In this document: positions 24,523 through 37,540 of the stretch, piece by piece
How positions within the stretch are numbered: the stretch's first letter is position 1
Layout: every line of letters begins with the position of its first letter
NCBI GenBank assembly: GCA_951406725.2
Contig: OX597837.1
Span: 42,098,001 to 42,162,000 of the forward strand
Length of the DNA: 64,000 nt
Source of the DNA: Octopus vulgaris
Lineage: Eukaryota
Direction of reading: 5' to 3'
Made by a program: the position numbers and the translations under genes
The notes under the pieces: model-generated
The model's input: the letters and a program-made list of their open reading frames with translations, nothing else
Told to the model about the DNA's origin: nothing
The model's database searches: none

Positions 24523-24645
24523 TGAAGTGAATCTAATGGTTTTTGTGTGTTTCTCAAATGGCTTATAAACACCTTCCACGCTGCAATTGTTTTCGTTCCA
24601 GCACACAATCTCAGATCAGGTCACTTGCTATGCAAGTACATCTCC
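24523..24645 (-). repeat. Dispersed repeat of unknown class (second copy at 49142-49275)
   Basis: Reverse complement matches gagatgtact.gcatagcaagtga..tgatctgagat.gtgtgctggaacgaaaacaattgcagcgtggaaggtgttt at 49142. Confidence 0.8.
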
Positions 24646-25231
24646 ATAAATTTACTACATTATCCTATTATGAGGCCTTCATTTCGTAAGACTATAGGAA
24701 GTGGTTTGAGGTGGATTTATCTAGCATTTATAACTGGACATAAAACTACACCAGGATACACTTGTTGGTTTGTGGTTGAATGCCTTTGGGGAGTGAGTTT
24801 GGTTGCTATCTTTAACTGGGCAAGCGATCATGTAAAGGCCTTTGTGGGGGGGGGATCACAGCTGAGTGGATGGGTGACGGCAGCATAGCCAGGGTGATGG
24901 TCAGCCCCTGGTGATGCTTTTATGGAAGTAAAACTTTTGGGTTTGTTGTATAACTCAATAGAAGCATGGAAAAGTCAGTGCTTAATCAACAGGAAGATGA
25001 TGAAATGGTAATGAGTATTTTTAGAATTACATCAGTCCTTCCTCTTGTTAAAGACAGTTGGATATAATATAAGGAAAACTTGACTGCTGTTTCTAACAGA
25101 TCTCAGGACAATACAGAAGACTTTGTCAGCTCCGTCCAAGCAAGAATAGATACTCTGCCTATTGATAGGTAATTATTCACAGCTGTATTCGCCTTGCTAA
25201 CACTCACAAATCTACTACTCTGAAGTGTTAA

Positions 25232-25451
25232 CCCTTTCGTTACTGTATTTATTTTGAGATGCTCTCTGTTTCTTTCAATTACTTTAAATATAACCAAGAA
25301 TTTAGTAAAATAACTTAGTTATCATTCAGCTAGTGTTAGGAACATAAATTGTGACTAAGGTTTGGTGGAAGATTTTAATTCAAAACTTATGAAAACAAGT
25401 CATTTGTATTCAGAGCCAAGGCCAGTTTCAGTCAGGTTGGTAAGGAAAGGG
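25232..25451. mobile_element. TTAA-type MITE, family 2, intact, 220 bp
   Basis: TTAA|CCCTTTCGTTAC ... GTAAGGAAAGGG|TTAA: perfect TTAA TSD and a 12-bp TIR with 1 mismatch. Confidence 0.85.
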
Positions 25452-25954
25452 TTAATGGTCCATGCTGTGTGTGTGAGAGAGAGGGAGAGGGGAGAGGGAA
25501 GTGGGTAAACAAATATATATATATATCCTAATATTTATAGGGGAGTCTGAACACATGGTGGTTGAATGAAGTATCAGAGTCAGTGACCTATCACCCTAAC
25601 AATTAATCCCTCCAACATCACGGCCACTCCTACCACCTACTCCTTATTAACAAGTTCCTCTCATTAATTAAACATTGTGTTGACAGCCATGGATGGGATA
25701 TTAGGGTCAGTTCGATTGGAATACAAACATTAGCAGGAGTTTGGTTTATATTAGCATCACGACCCCTCTCTCCCTGCTCTCTTTCAGGCTGGCTGTCAGG
25801 AAAATATCCCAGCAGCCTTTAAGTAGGATTGGTCAGATCCAGATAATTACGAAGTTATTAATTAATTACCCTATGAACAAAAACAAAAACAAAAAAAAAG
25901 ACAAAAAATAGAGAGGGGAAAAAGAAAATATTGCTGTGTTTGCATGCAAATGCT

Positions 25955-25992
<38 letters not shown>

Positions 25993-27007
25993 ACACAAAC
26001 TGGATAATTACTGACTCAGCTAATAAAGACCAGCAAATAGCATGTGTCCACAAGGGACTCGTACAATTGCGGGAAATTTTAATACTGACAAATGAGGTCA
26101 GCATAACAGCATAATACCATTTGAAAAGATATTTGTCTAGGAAATTGTATTCATTTCATGCATATTGAAACAAGAATGAAATAGGTAAAGATTTCTGAAC
26201 ATGATTTGCGTAATTAAAAGGTACTTGCAATGTTTTACAAGCTTTGAAAGTGGACTGCTGCCATCTACCTGGCAGACAGGTAGATGAGCAAACAAAAGGA
26301 TGAAGCGCATTGAGTCTTCGTGAGAAGCAGTCAGCGAGCGCTAGATGTTGATTCGTAATGGTAGTAGATCTTGGTGTAGCAATATGAACTCTGATATGAT
26401 GGTCAGTGTTTGCAAACAACCGAGAATAAAATTGCAGAGGAAAGATAGGGGAAAAAAAAAAAAAAAAAAAAAAAGAAAGGAAAGAAAATGTTTGTAAAGC
26501 TACACAGTATGATAGACAGGTAAAACAGCTAAATTGATTAAATCGAAGTCTGTGTTGCTTTGATTATTCAAAAGATGGGGAGGGGAACTCTTGTAAATGC
26601 AGTAGCAATTAGTTTCAGATCATCAGAAATGATTGAACTGCAGAAGAGAAGAGGAGGTGGTAAGGGTGGGGGGAGGAAATGAGTCTCACTGGCGTGGCTG
26701 CAACGAATTGGTTGAATCGGTGGGAACGGAGGTAAGCATACATGATGAAATCAGAGTTGGGAACTGTAACAGGGATTCTGGAGGAATGTTGATGATTGGG
26801 GGTGGGGTGGAGGGGACAACTGTTTGGGTGCTGAGGATTTGACACGGTTGACTGGACATTCAGCTTGTTTTTGGAGGCAGTGCTTTTTTGGAATGGGGGA
26901 AAAAGCACACACATATGCATGTGTGTGTGTGCAGAAATACACACACACACACATATATATATATATAGAGAGAGAGAGGGAGGGAGAGATAATTATTAAT
27001 AGAACAT

Positions 27008-27241
27008 GGGCGGTGAGCTGGCAGAAACGTTAGCACGCCGGGCGAAATGTTTAGCGGTATTTCGTCTACCGCTACGTTCTGAGTTCAAATTCCGCCGAGG
27101 TCGATTTTGCCTTTCATCCTTTCAGGGTCGATTAAATAAGTACCAGTTATGCACTGGGGTCGATATATAATCGACTTAATCCATTTGTCTGTCCTTGTTT
27201 GTCCCCTGTATATTTAGCCCCTTGTGAGTAGTAAAGAAATA
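27008..27241 (+). mobile_element. SINE family B, near-intact
   Basis: gggcggtgagctggcagaaacgttagcacgccgggcgaaat...gagttcaaattccgccgaggtcga...ccccttgtgagtagtaaagaaata. Confidence 0.9.
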
Positions 27242-27469
27242 TATTGATAGAACCTGATTGACAAACATTTTGCTTCACCTCATATACATAAACATAGAGA
27301 CAGACAGACAGATAGAGAGAAATGTTAAAGTAACAGAAATATTGGCTTCAAATTAGGGCTCAAAGCCATCAATTTTCAGGGAAGGTGGAGTGAGTTGATT
27401 ACTGGTACTTATTTTACTGACCCCCAAAGTCGACCTCAACGAAGCTTGAACTCATAACGTAAAGAGGGA

Positions 27470-27610
27470 AGAAATTTCCCCAAGACACCTGATGAAGGCT
27501 GGAGGATATATCAGCCGAAATGTTGTGTTAACAACAAACAAGATGAGGATAAATATCCCTCAAATGTAAATAATGTACATAATTCCTCATCTCTTAAATT
27601 ATAGAACTGT
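27470..27610 (+). mobile_element. Single arm of the hammerhead-bearing Penelope-like repeat (family of 42821-43255)
   Basis: Aligns with 43115-43255, including the end aattcctcatctcttaaa.tatagaactg. Confidence 0.85.
27485..27528 (+). ncRNA. Minimal type-I hammerhead ribozyme motif
   Basis: ACAC-CTGATGA-A-GGCTG-(10 nt)-CAGCC-GAAA-TGTT-GTGT, with a C>T change in stem III. Confidence 0.7.
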
Positions 27611-28306
27611 ATTTACATTTAGTTGAACTTTTCATTTTGCCTTTAATGCAAATTTACACACATAAAATCACTTATCTTTTTAAATAGATAGATGGATGGA
27701 TGGATTGTTTTTATATTTGGATTGTAAGATTCTTGATGTAAGTGTCAGTGTTGGAACAGATATTGTAGCTTGGGAGGGTCATTATGGCTATAATTATCAC
27801 ATGGAATGATTCTAAAAAGTAATAAAAGAAGTGAAACAGAACCAGTGCATGTGTTTATTATTGGCATTATGACCCTCCCAAGATACAATACATACATGTG
27901 TGTGTGTGTGTGTATGAAGGGCAGTTAGGATGTTGCACTCACAATCACATGATTGTGATTTTAATTCCTAGACAGGTGTAGCGTTCTTCATTTCCCCTTG
28001 CTCCACTCCATCCAACAGTAAATGGCTAACCCTGCAACAGACTGGTGCTCTGTTCAGAGGGCATCATTCTAAAGGTACAACAATGCAAAGAAGTGCATTG
28101 TGACCAGCGATGTATAACAACATCCGATTGATACAGTGATATATATGTGCGCACAAAGTGATATATATGTGCGTGGGCATAAAATTTATTCTTGAGGTCT
28201 TCCTTCATCACCTGACATTCTATCAGTTTTATAACATGGCCAATATAAGGGTAGGGGAAAATATTTTCATAAATTTTGTAATATAACACATAAGCACATG
28301 CAATGT

Positions 28307-28344
<38 letters not shown>

Positions 28345-28812
28345 ATAGTTTCCAATATTGAAAAATGCCATTCAACAGAATTTTTGTTTTTTTAAATAGT
28401 AATTTTAGAAAGTGTTAAAATTTCTTTTCTTTTTTTTTGTTTTTGTTTTTCTCTGTTGCGAATAAAAATTCGTAAAATTTTATTAATCTTTTAGAAACAC
28501 AACTTAATTGATTCCTTTAATTAAATTATAGCTTACATCTGAAGAGAGAAAAAGTGAAACACAGTTCACAATGGATTTAAAGGGAAATTAAAAACAAAAA
28601 CAAAAATTTCAACAAAAAATATAAAATAACAGCAGAAAACGACAACAAATGATAAACCTAGGTCGCTTAGGCATTTTGTATTAATTTAGAAATAAATAAG
28701 ATTTCATTTGGAAATTGAAATAAGGTTGTATTTACTTACTGTGTTAAACCTGTTAATCCAAAAATTGAGACATAAGCTAAGAGGACAGCCTGGAAATAAA
28801 ATAAAGAAAATT

Positions 28813-28852
<40 letters not shown>

Positions 28853-29074
28853 TAATAGAAGAATGTGAATTTATTTTTCAAAAATTAAAATTAAGAAAAA
28901 AAAATAACAAATTTTTTTGTTTTTTAAATCAATTTACAAAATCTTAAATCTTTGGGAATTCAGAGTTTGCAAATATTTAGCGATGGAAAATAAGATAAAT
29001 GATTTTAATTTAATTTCGAAAACAGGATGAAAAAAAAAAGTTGTTTTTTTTTTTTTGAAAGAAAAAAAAAATAT

Positions 29075-29110
<36 letters not shown>

Positions 29111-29571
29111 TGATGATAATGTTGATGATTAGAACAAAAACAATTCTTCTTAGCTTTGATGAAAAAATTTTGTTCTTTTCAAAGAAATGTTTTATCATAC
29201 ATACACATTTGTGTGTGTGTGTGTATGAATTTATATATTCATATATATATGTATGTATATGTGTGTATATATTATTTGTGTGGTGTGTGTATGAGTATGT
29301 GTGGTATGTATGTAATGATAAAATATAATTTTAAATAAAGATTTCCAAAAAATAACGGAAAGAAAAAATTGCAACCATCAATATTTTAAGGAGACAATAA
29401 ATGTGGTGGGCAAATATGGATGGGCAAAATAGCACTAATGTGAAAGAATATAGCGTGAACACTTTCTTGGGAATCAGAGGATAATTAGAATGCAGAACAT
29501 GGCAAATATAAAACACTACTTTGATATTTTTAATGATATCTTGTTATTTATAAATAATTCTCCACTTAATG

Positions 29572-29716
29572 CGAGAGAGAGAGAGAGAGAGAGGAAGAGA
29601 GAGAGAAGGAGAGAAAGAGAAGGAGAGAGAGAAAAGGAGAGATAGAGAAAAGGAGAGAGAGAGAGGAGAGTAAGAGGAGAGAGAGAGAAAGAGAGAAAGA
29701 GAGAGAGAGGAGAGAA

Positions 29717-29788
<72 letters not shown>
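29572..29788. repeat. Long (GA)n polypurine tract
   Basis: ~215 bp of almost pure purine on the + strand. Confidence 0.95.
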
Positions 29789-29791
<3 letters not shown>

Positions 29792-30009
29792 GTTTGCATG
29801 TGTTTCCTTATATAAAAGTAAATAATTTATTGATGATTATTTTTGTGTAGCCCCATGGTTAGCTCTGGTCAAGCTGATCTATAGTATGAGGTGTGAGTGA
29901 CCCAAAGACTTGGTTTTCCAGATAACATCCAGTCTCCCGCTATCTGAAGAATTTAGTTATGATGTTGAAGAACTACAAGGAAAATCAGGGTTACAAAATG
30001 ACGGCTTGT

Positions 30010-30670
30010 TGATTAACCAGCATCACAACCGCCAAACAAACATCGCAACAACTAAACCAACATCAAAACAGCTAAGCCAACATCACAATCCAATAAGTAA
30101 GTCAACATCACAACCACCTAACCAATGTTGCAATCACCAATCCAACATCACAACTGTCAAACCAACATCTCAGTTATAAATCAATCATTACGATCACTAA
30201 ACAAGTATCACAACTACTCATCCAACATTACAGCCACCAGTGCTACATCATGACCAGCTAAGCAACGTCACAACCGACAAATCAACATCACAATTGTCAA
30301 ACCAACATCTCAATTATAAATCTAACGTTACAATCACTAAACAAGCATCACAACTACTCATCCAACATTACAGCCACCAGTGCTACATCACGACCAGCTA
30401 AGCAACATCACAACCGACAAATCAACATCACAACCAATAATCTAACATCACAACTGTCAAGCCAACGTCTCAATTATGAATCCAACATTACAATCACTAA
30501 ACAAGCATCACAACTACTCATCCAACTCATCCAACATCACAGCCACCAGTGCTACATCACAACCAGCTAAGCAACATCACAACCAACAAATCAACATCAC
30601 AACCAATAATCCAACATCACAGCTGGTAAACCAGCATCACAACTTAACTAACATCACAACTAATACCACT
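30010..30670. repeat. Degenerate ~15-bp minisatellite (CAACATCACAAC core) with higher-order repeats
   Basis: caactactcatccaac recurs at 30211, 30351 and 30511, and acagccaccagtgctacatca occurs three times. Confidence 0.85.
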
Positions 30671-30948
30671 ATAAATTGTACTGGTATTTTCTCCAAACTC
30701 GTTACCAAAACTAACTTCAGTCGAACAAATGTTTATTATTATAATCAGAAAGCACAAGATATTAATGATGTATTAATTATCTGCTTAATATGGTATGTAT
30801 TATAGTTGTATTAATCTTAACTATGGCATGTAATCAAAGACATGACTGAAATATTTCACTTAATGAAACAAGTTAAAATGTTATGGTTTCAATAATAAGC
30901 TTCGTTATGGAAGGAAATCAAAGACATAATTGAAATCTTTAACATAAT

Positions 30949-31357
30949 GGCGCAGGGGAGGCTGTGTGGCAAGTAGCTTGCTAACCAACCACATGGTTCC
31001 GGGTTCAGTCCGACTGCGTGGCACCTTGGGCAAGTGTCTTCTGCTATAGCCCCGGGCCGACCAAAGCCTTGTGAGTGGATTTGGTAGACGGAAACTGAAA
31101 GAAGCCTGTCGTATATATGCATATATATATATATATGTATGTGTGTGTATATGTTTGTGTGTCTGTGTTTGTCCCCCTAGCATCGCTTGATGACCGATGT
31201 TGGTGTGTTTACGTCCCCGTCACTTAGCGGTTCGGCAAAAAGAGACCGATAGAATAAGTACTGGGCTTACAAAGAATAAGTCCCGGGGTCGATTTGCTCG
31301 ACTAAAGGCGGTGCTCCAGCATGGCCGCAGTCAAATGACTAAGAGTAAAAGAGTAAA
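30949..31357 (+). mobile_element. SINE family A
   Basis: Full head to tail, with a possible short TSD ATAATG. Confidence 0.9.
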
Positions 31358-31437
31358 TAATGAAACAACTTTGAATCTTATAATAAAGTATAGTATAGCT
31401 TAGCTATGGAATGAAGTTGTTGACATAACTGAAATAG

Positions 31438-31833
31438 TTAATATATAGAAGTGAAGTTGTGTGTCTGTCTCCTACGAGTTAGATTCCTAACTACTCCCAC
31501 ATTTTGCGGTGCAGTTTAACCAAAACCGGGTATCTGATAGTCGTGATTCATATCAAGCCCTTTTGGGTATTAGCGCATGTCTACGATGAGTCTACGATTT
31601 AAAAAAAAATTTACCATCATTTTTTTCCATTTTAATGCATTTTTTCGCTATTATATAAGGGAGGTAACTCTCTAAAAATGTCTACGATGAGTCAACGATT
31701 TAAAAAAAAAATTACCATAATTTTTTCCCCATTTTTAATGCATTTTTTTGCTATTTTTTGGCTATAACTCTCTAAAAATGCTTATATAGTTATTTCCCTT
31801 ACAAACCCGAGCAACGCCGGGCGATACTGCTAG
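31438..31833 (+). mobile_element. Non-autonomous Helitron with an internal ~100-bp duplication
   Basis: 3' GC hairpin CCCGAGCAACGCCGGG followed by ...CTAG|T. Homologous to 49939-50247. Confidence 0.85.
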
Positions 31834-32127
31834 TTGCTAATATAATGAAACAATGTTATGAAGGTCTATGGAACAATGTAGAAATAAGAACAATTTAAAA
31901 AATCTGGAATTCCTATAGGTGTCACTTAATTGGTTTAACATGCTCCTTTTCTTTGTCAACGTGGTTTCAATGGGTCCAGCTGTTGTTCTTATTTAATCCC
32001 AAGTCAGTCTCTGAGCTGGCAGACCTGTGATCTAAGAATTCTTTAGCCTTAATCATACCATATCTTTCACATATTTTTCATCGTAGTTCATGTAGTAAAT
32101 ATCATATATACATATATATATATATAC

Positions 32128-32320
32128 AGGACGCCATGATAGATCATTAGCTCCTACACACATTTTTTCTCTCCTTGTTTTTTCTGTGTCCCTTTCTGTC
32201 GAAGAGCGTAGGCTCGAAACGTAAAAGACTTTTTCTATTCCTGAGCACTATACTAATACATTTGTTTGTTTGTACTCCATCTGCCTTCGTCTTTTGTTTA
32301 TTTTCATAAACTTTCCCTTC
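32128..32320 (+). mobile_element. Penelope-like terminal repeat flanked by TA tracts
   Basis: A second copy lies at 1-74. Contains a hammerhead-shaped motif at 32192-32227. Confidence 0.65.
32192..32227 (+). ncRNA. Hammerhead-like motif with non-canonical core (A6U)
   Basis: CTTT-CTGTCGA-A-GAGC-GTAG-GCTC-GAAA-CGTA-AAAG. All stems are intact and the triplet is GUA. Confidence 0.55.
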
Positions 32321-33031
32321 ATATAAATACATATATATATATGTGGATGTGGATGTTTATATTTTTTTGATAACATAATAGGTTAGAGGGGGTGATGTCT
32401 ATATTACAATAACCAATAATACGTTGTACATGTATAGTAATATTACGATCATGAAACTAGCATTAGTTTATCTCACTTTTTCTCATGGTACCCCAGGGGT
32501 CTGGGGAACCCCAGTTGAAAAATGCTGCTCTATCTGCTAGACATAGTAGTTAAATGTCTTTCCTGTATAGTACAACAGAAAACATGAGAGAGAGAGAGAG
32601 AGTATGGAAGGTTAAAAAAAAATTAAGCAATTAACGAATCATCCTCATCATGACTAACATCATGTTCTCACCCTATGCTTGTATCCGTACATCCAAAGAT
32701 CCTACAAGGTATGTAAAAGACAGGTGCACAAAAAAAATGTGATTTTTAAAAAATGCAAATTTTTATTTAAAAAAAACAAAACAAACAAATTGAGAAAATG
32801 TAAGCAGAATTTTCAGATGTGCAATAAACAAGATTGGTATTCTAATTTTACTATTTCTGCGGCAACAATAAAACAATTTCTTTCTCTTTCCTCCCTTTTT
32901 GATGTTACCGAAAATTATTTTCCAGTTAAGCGAACTATTATCCGTTAGCTATGTAACTTCTATTATACTTGCAAACAGATTTCCTTTCTGCAACATAGTT
33001 ACAAAAAAGTAGTTTCCAGGTAACTGTGAAT

Positions 33032-33066
<35 letters not shown>

Positions 33067-33269
33067 GGGAGGTTATTTATTAATGGAAAAAAGGAATTCT
33101 CTCTCTCTCCCTCTGAAACAATGAGTACAGCACTCAGTATGGTGTTCGTGAATTATGTTCTTTTGTAATCAGAAAACTGTTCACAAGAATAAGATAAAAT
33201 ATGGAAAAAAAAGTTACATATTAATGATTTTTTTTTTCTTTTACCATGAATACATATATACAACTATCT

Positions 33270-33300
<31 letters not shown>

Positions 33301-33303
33301 CAC

Positions 33304-33336
<33 letters not shown>

Positions 33337-33482
33337 TATATATATACATGCAAATACACATAACACACCTACACTTATACATACATATATACACATATAC
33401 ACACATGTAACACACCTGTACTTATACATATGTATATACACACATTTATACATACACAAAAAACTATATGTGTATACATATA

Positions 33483-33515
<33 letters not shown>

Positions 33516-34104
33516 GTATGTATATGTATACACATATATTTGTATATGTATATACACATATATATATATATGTATATGTATACAGACACATACACACATA
33601 TATATATATACACACAAAAATATATACATACATATACACACATATATACATACATGTATGTACGCATATTTGTGGCACACAATCTCTCATTCATACCTCT
33701 ACCCCTATAAGCACAATCACGACTACATTCAAATCATAAAAAAAAGGGGTTTAAAAAAGAAAGAAAAAAACCCAAACAACAACACAAAAGAAAAGCAAGA
33801 GTTCTTCTTTGAGACACAGCATATTGAAACATGACTAAAGCGTATTTTTATCACACACTCTCTCGGTATTTTGGAGTCTTGTGTTTCAAATTATACTACT
33901 GGCTGTTTGGCCTTGGCCTACCTCATCTCATGTGTTGTGATGACATTTTCTATCTGATATTGATGACACAAGCTGAAGCTGGAAGCGGTCGGTTCCTGCT
34001 AATGTAGCAGAATTGATAGTTCTGCATTTTGCCTCGTTTTTTTGTGTCTGCTGAAAACTGGGTTATTATTTCTCCTTCTTTTATTTATTCATTATCATTA
34101 CCAC

Positions 34105-34152
<48 letters not shown>

Positions 34153-34447
34153 TGTTCTTTTTTTTGAAAGTAGACAATTTCTACTGTTTTCAATGATTAT
34201 CGCTAATAGATAATTTCGTACGTTTTTTTTTTTTTTGCTTTTTTTTTGGTATTTTTATAGATTTCTCTCTTATTTTTTTTTTCTTTTTTTTCCTTTTTTA
34301 CGTGAACATTCAAAAATACATACAAACGATGCAATCAGACACTGAGTGTGGCTTAGACACGTTTTGCAAATGTAGGTTATATATTCATGTACTACACTCG
34401 TTACTACAACCTGAGATTTTTCATCAAAACAACCGACATAGCATATA

Positions 34448-35043
34448 TATTTCTTTATTGCCCACAAGGGGCTAAACATAGAGGGGACAAACAAGGACAG
34501 ACGAACAGATTAAGTCAATTACATCGACTCCAGTTCGTAACTGGTACTTAATTTATCGACCCCGAAAGGATGAAAGACAAAGTCGACCTCGGCAGAATTT
34601 TAACTCAGAACATAACAGCAGACGAAATACCTATTTCTTTATTGCCCACTAGGGGCTAAACATAGAGGGGACAAACAAGGACAGACGAACAGATTAAGTC
34701 AATTACATCGACTCCAGTGCGTAACTGGTACTTAATTTATCGACCCCGAAAGGATGAAAGACAAAGTCGACCTCGGCAGAATTTGAACTCAGAACGTAAC
34801 AGCAGACGAAATACCTATTTCTTTATTGCCCACAAGGGGCTAAACATAGAGGGGACAAACAAGGACAGACAAATGGATTAAGTCAATTACATTGACTCCA
34901 GTGCGTAACTGGTACTTAATTTATCGACCCCGAAAGGATGTAAGGCAAAGTCGACCTCGGCAGAATTTGAACTCAGAATGTAACGGTAGACGAAATACGG
35001 CTACGCATTTCGCCCGGCGTGCTAACGTTTCTGCCAGCTCGCC
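34448..35043 (-). mobile_element. SINE family B with one 5' end and three tandem ~183-bp bodies
   Basis: Units start at 34448, 34632 and 34815 (tatttctttattgcccac). Only the last extends into the 5' end (...gctaacgtttctgccagctcgcc). Confidence 0.9.
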
Positions 35044-35883
35044 ATATAACTAAAGTGTTGCCTATTCAAACATTATATGAGTGATTGCTTAATCCCAGGT
35101 AAGCCCTGACTAGTTTCTGTTGTGGGTGGGAAGTCATCAAGTATTTAGGACATCAAATGCATTCTTTGTTTCTTTTACAATAAGGTGTAATTAGAGGAAG
35201 ATTTGACAGCTATTGTTTATCAGACTTAGCAAAGCAATAAGCACAGTGCTCAAGACCCTTCACAGGATCTACAAGATGAGTGGCATGATGCAGGGGGGAA
35301 AGTTTTTCTCTAAACTGGAAGCCACACCTGAATGCTAGCAACAGAGTAGACTCCAGTAAAGGCACAAATGGTGCCAGGTGCATTGGAAACTGGTGAGAGT
35401 TGGCAACAGGAAGGGCATCCAGCCACAGAAAGCTGGCCTCATCAAATTCCTTCTAACCCATGCAAGCACTGAAAGGTGGACATATGGTGATGATGATGAC
35501 GATGATGAATAAAAATAGTAGCATGATAGAATGTACCCAGCCCATGCTGTAGATGGTTGGTAATGGGAAAGGTGCCCCTACATATGTAAAAATCATGCCA
35601 GGGAAAGAAGTAACAAAGACGTGGACTATGCAAACTAGAATAAAAGAAACTTGTTTAAGAGAGCAGTAACACTCTGAAAGCTGACATATGGTGGAGGGGA
35701 CTCTTTATTTCTAACATTGATAACCTCTTTAATGCCTATAGCACAGAGGACAGAGAACTTTTATAACCAATTACCCCAAAATTTATTTATCTATACCAAT
35801 GCTACCCCCTCGATTTGAAAGGAAGAAAATCATAGGTTCTTTGAATTCAAAAGGTGTATTGAATCTATTTATTTAGAGAATAA

Positions 35884-35935
35884 TGGCGGTGCCCCAGCAT
35901 GGCCACAGCTCATGAGCTGAAACTAGATGAAAAAA
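35884..35935 (+). mobile_element. Isolated CR1-type 3' tail
   Basis: ggcggtgccccagcatggccacagctcatgagctgaaactag, homologous to 60377-60415. Confidence 0.7.
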
Positions 35936-36397
35936 AAAAGTACAAGTATAAATGTAAAAAGTATAAACAAATGCGATAAAATAAATCAATATCCTCATTA
36001 TGAAACAAAAGGATTTTTCTAGAAACTTTTTCACTTTTGGAGAAATTATGTTTCATTTTTGTTACAATTACATCAAAATTGGGGCATTTTGATGCCAGAG
36101 CAATTTGGAGACAGTCTCTGGGGTCCAATCGATTTTGTTAAAGGGTCGAATTAAATAACTACTCAAATCTACTTCAAGCAAAAATGTGTGTTAAAAAATA
36201 AGGTTAAGGCGAGTAATAGACAACTGATAAATAATATCTGTTTAGTCATTTGATAATGACTTAGTAACCAAATTGTTTGTAGTTCAAAATGGTTTGATGT
36301 CTCCTAAGCATGCCCATTACATTGCGCAGATGCAGTGCTGCTGGAAGAAAAATTTCTGTCGCAACAAGGAACATGTTTTTTTATATAATATTACTTA

Positions 36398-36633
36398 TGT
36401 CGGTGGCACGTAAAAAGCACCATTCGATCGTGGCTGTTTGCAAGCCTCGTCTGGCACGTAAAAAGCACCCACTACACTCATGGAGTGGTTGGCATTAGGA
36501 AGGGCATCCAGCCGTAGAAACACTGCCAGATCAGACTGGGCCTGGTGCAGCCTTCTGGCTTCCCACACCCCAGTTGAACTGTCCAACCAATGCTAGCATG
36601 GAAAACAGACGTTAAACAATGATGATGATGATG
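36398..36633 (+). mobile_element. SINE family C
   Basis: ggtggcacgtaaaaagcacc units, ggttggcattaggaagggcatccagcc and a (GAT)n tail. Confidence 0.85.
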
Positions 36634-37540
36634 AGTCCTCATTACTCATAAAAATTTCATTTTTACCCCACTTGGGGTAGTTTACCCTGGTTTGATGACT
36701 CCTGCTTCATTTGTACCACTGACAAATTCTTTAATGCCAGTAGCACAATAAAACATGCAGGGTAGACATGATATGGGAGGATGAACAGAGCGGAGGAAAA
36801 GTGGGGTGAGTCGGTGAGGAGACAGTGTAATGTGTTGACAAAATATTGGACAATATTTTATAGTTTTAACAGTAAAATAGAAAGTAAAACTCCAAAGGTT
36901 GAAAAGAAAAAAAGACCAGACAATAACTCGACCAAAATAAAACTATAGTCATGCTTTCAAAACACACACACACACACACACACAAATGCATACATTCTCT
37001 CTCCGTACTTATTCTCAGTAAAACTAATTTTTATATAGATTTGCTTTTCCTGAAGATGAAAAAAAAAAAAAAAAAGCAACTACACACACATGTACACAAT
37101 GTATATACACATACATACAGACTTATACAATAAAGTTTTGACTACATCAAATAGTTTTTGTATTTTAAATGTGTTTGTTTGGCAGGTTTTGTAGTTGAGA
37201 CCGTAATATATAAAATTGTCTCATTAAACTGATTGCTTAAAAACTGATAAAATGCGAAGCTATCACAATATATGTTGTTTCAGGTTAAAATGAAATTAAC
37301 ACTCCACACTATACCCATGTATTGAGTTCTTCAAACTTCATTTATTTTTATGTAGATCCATATATGTGTGTGCATGCATGTTTTTATGTCAAGTTACATA
37401 TGAAAACAATAAAGCAATTAAACATTATCATGAAGAACTATTCAATACTTTTCAGTAGACATGTTTGTTCAACTTTTACAAGTAGAGAGGTGACTGACTT
37501 CAAAGTTCTGGCTTGATAGCCTTCATCAGATTGTCCATCA

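Noticed and set aside
26619-26731. Possible exon bounded by tttcag and gtaagc
   Set aside because: Stops occur in all three frames and the polypyrimidine tract is weak. It cannot be supported without transcript data.
29910-30805. Q/T/N/H-rich ORFs resembling mucin-like proteins
   Set aside because: They derive from the CAACATCACAAC minisatellite, and the frames are interrupted by stops.
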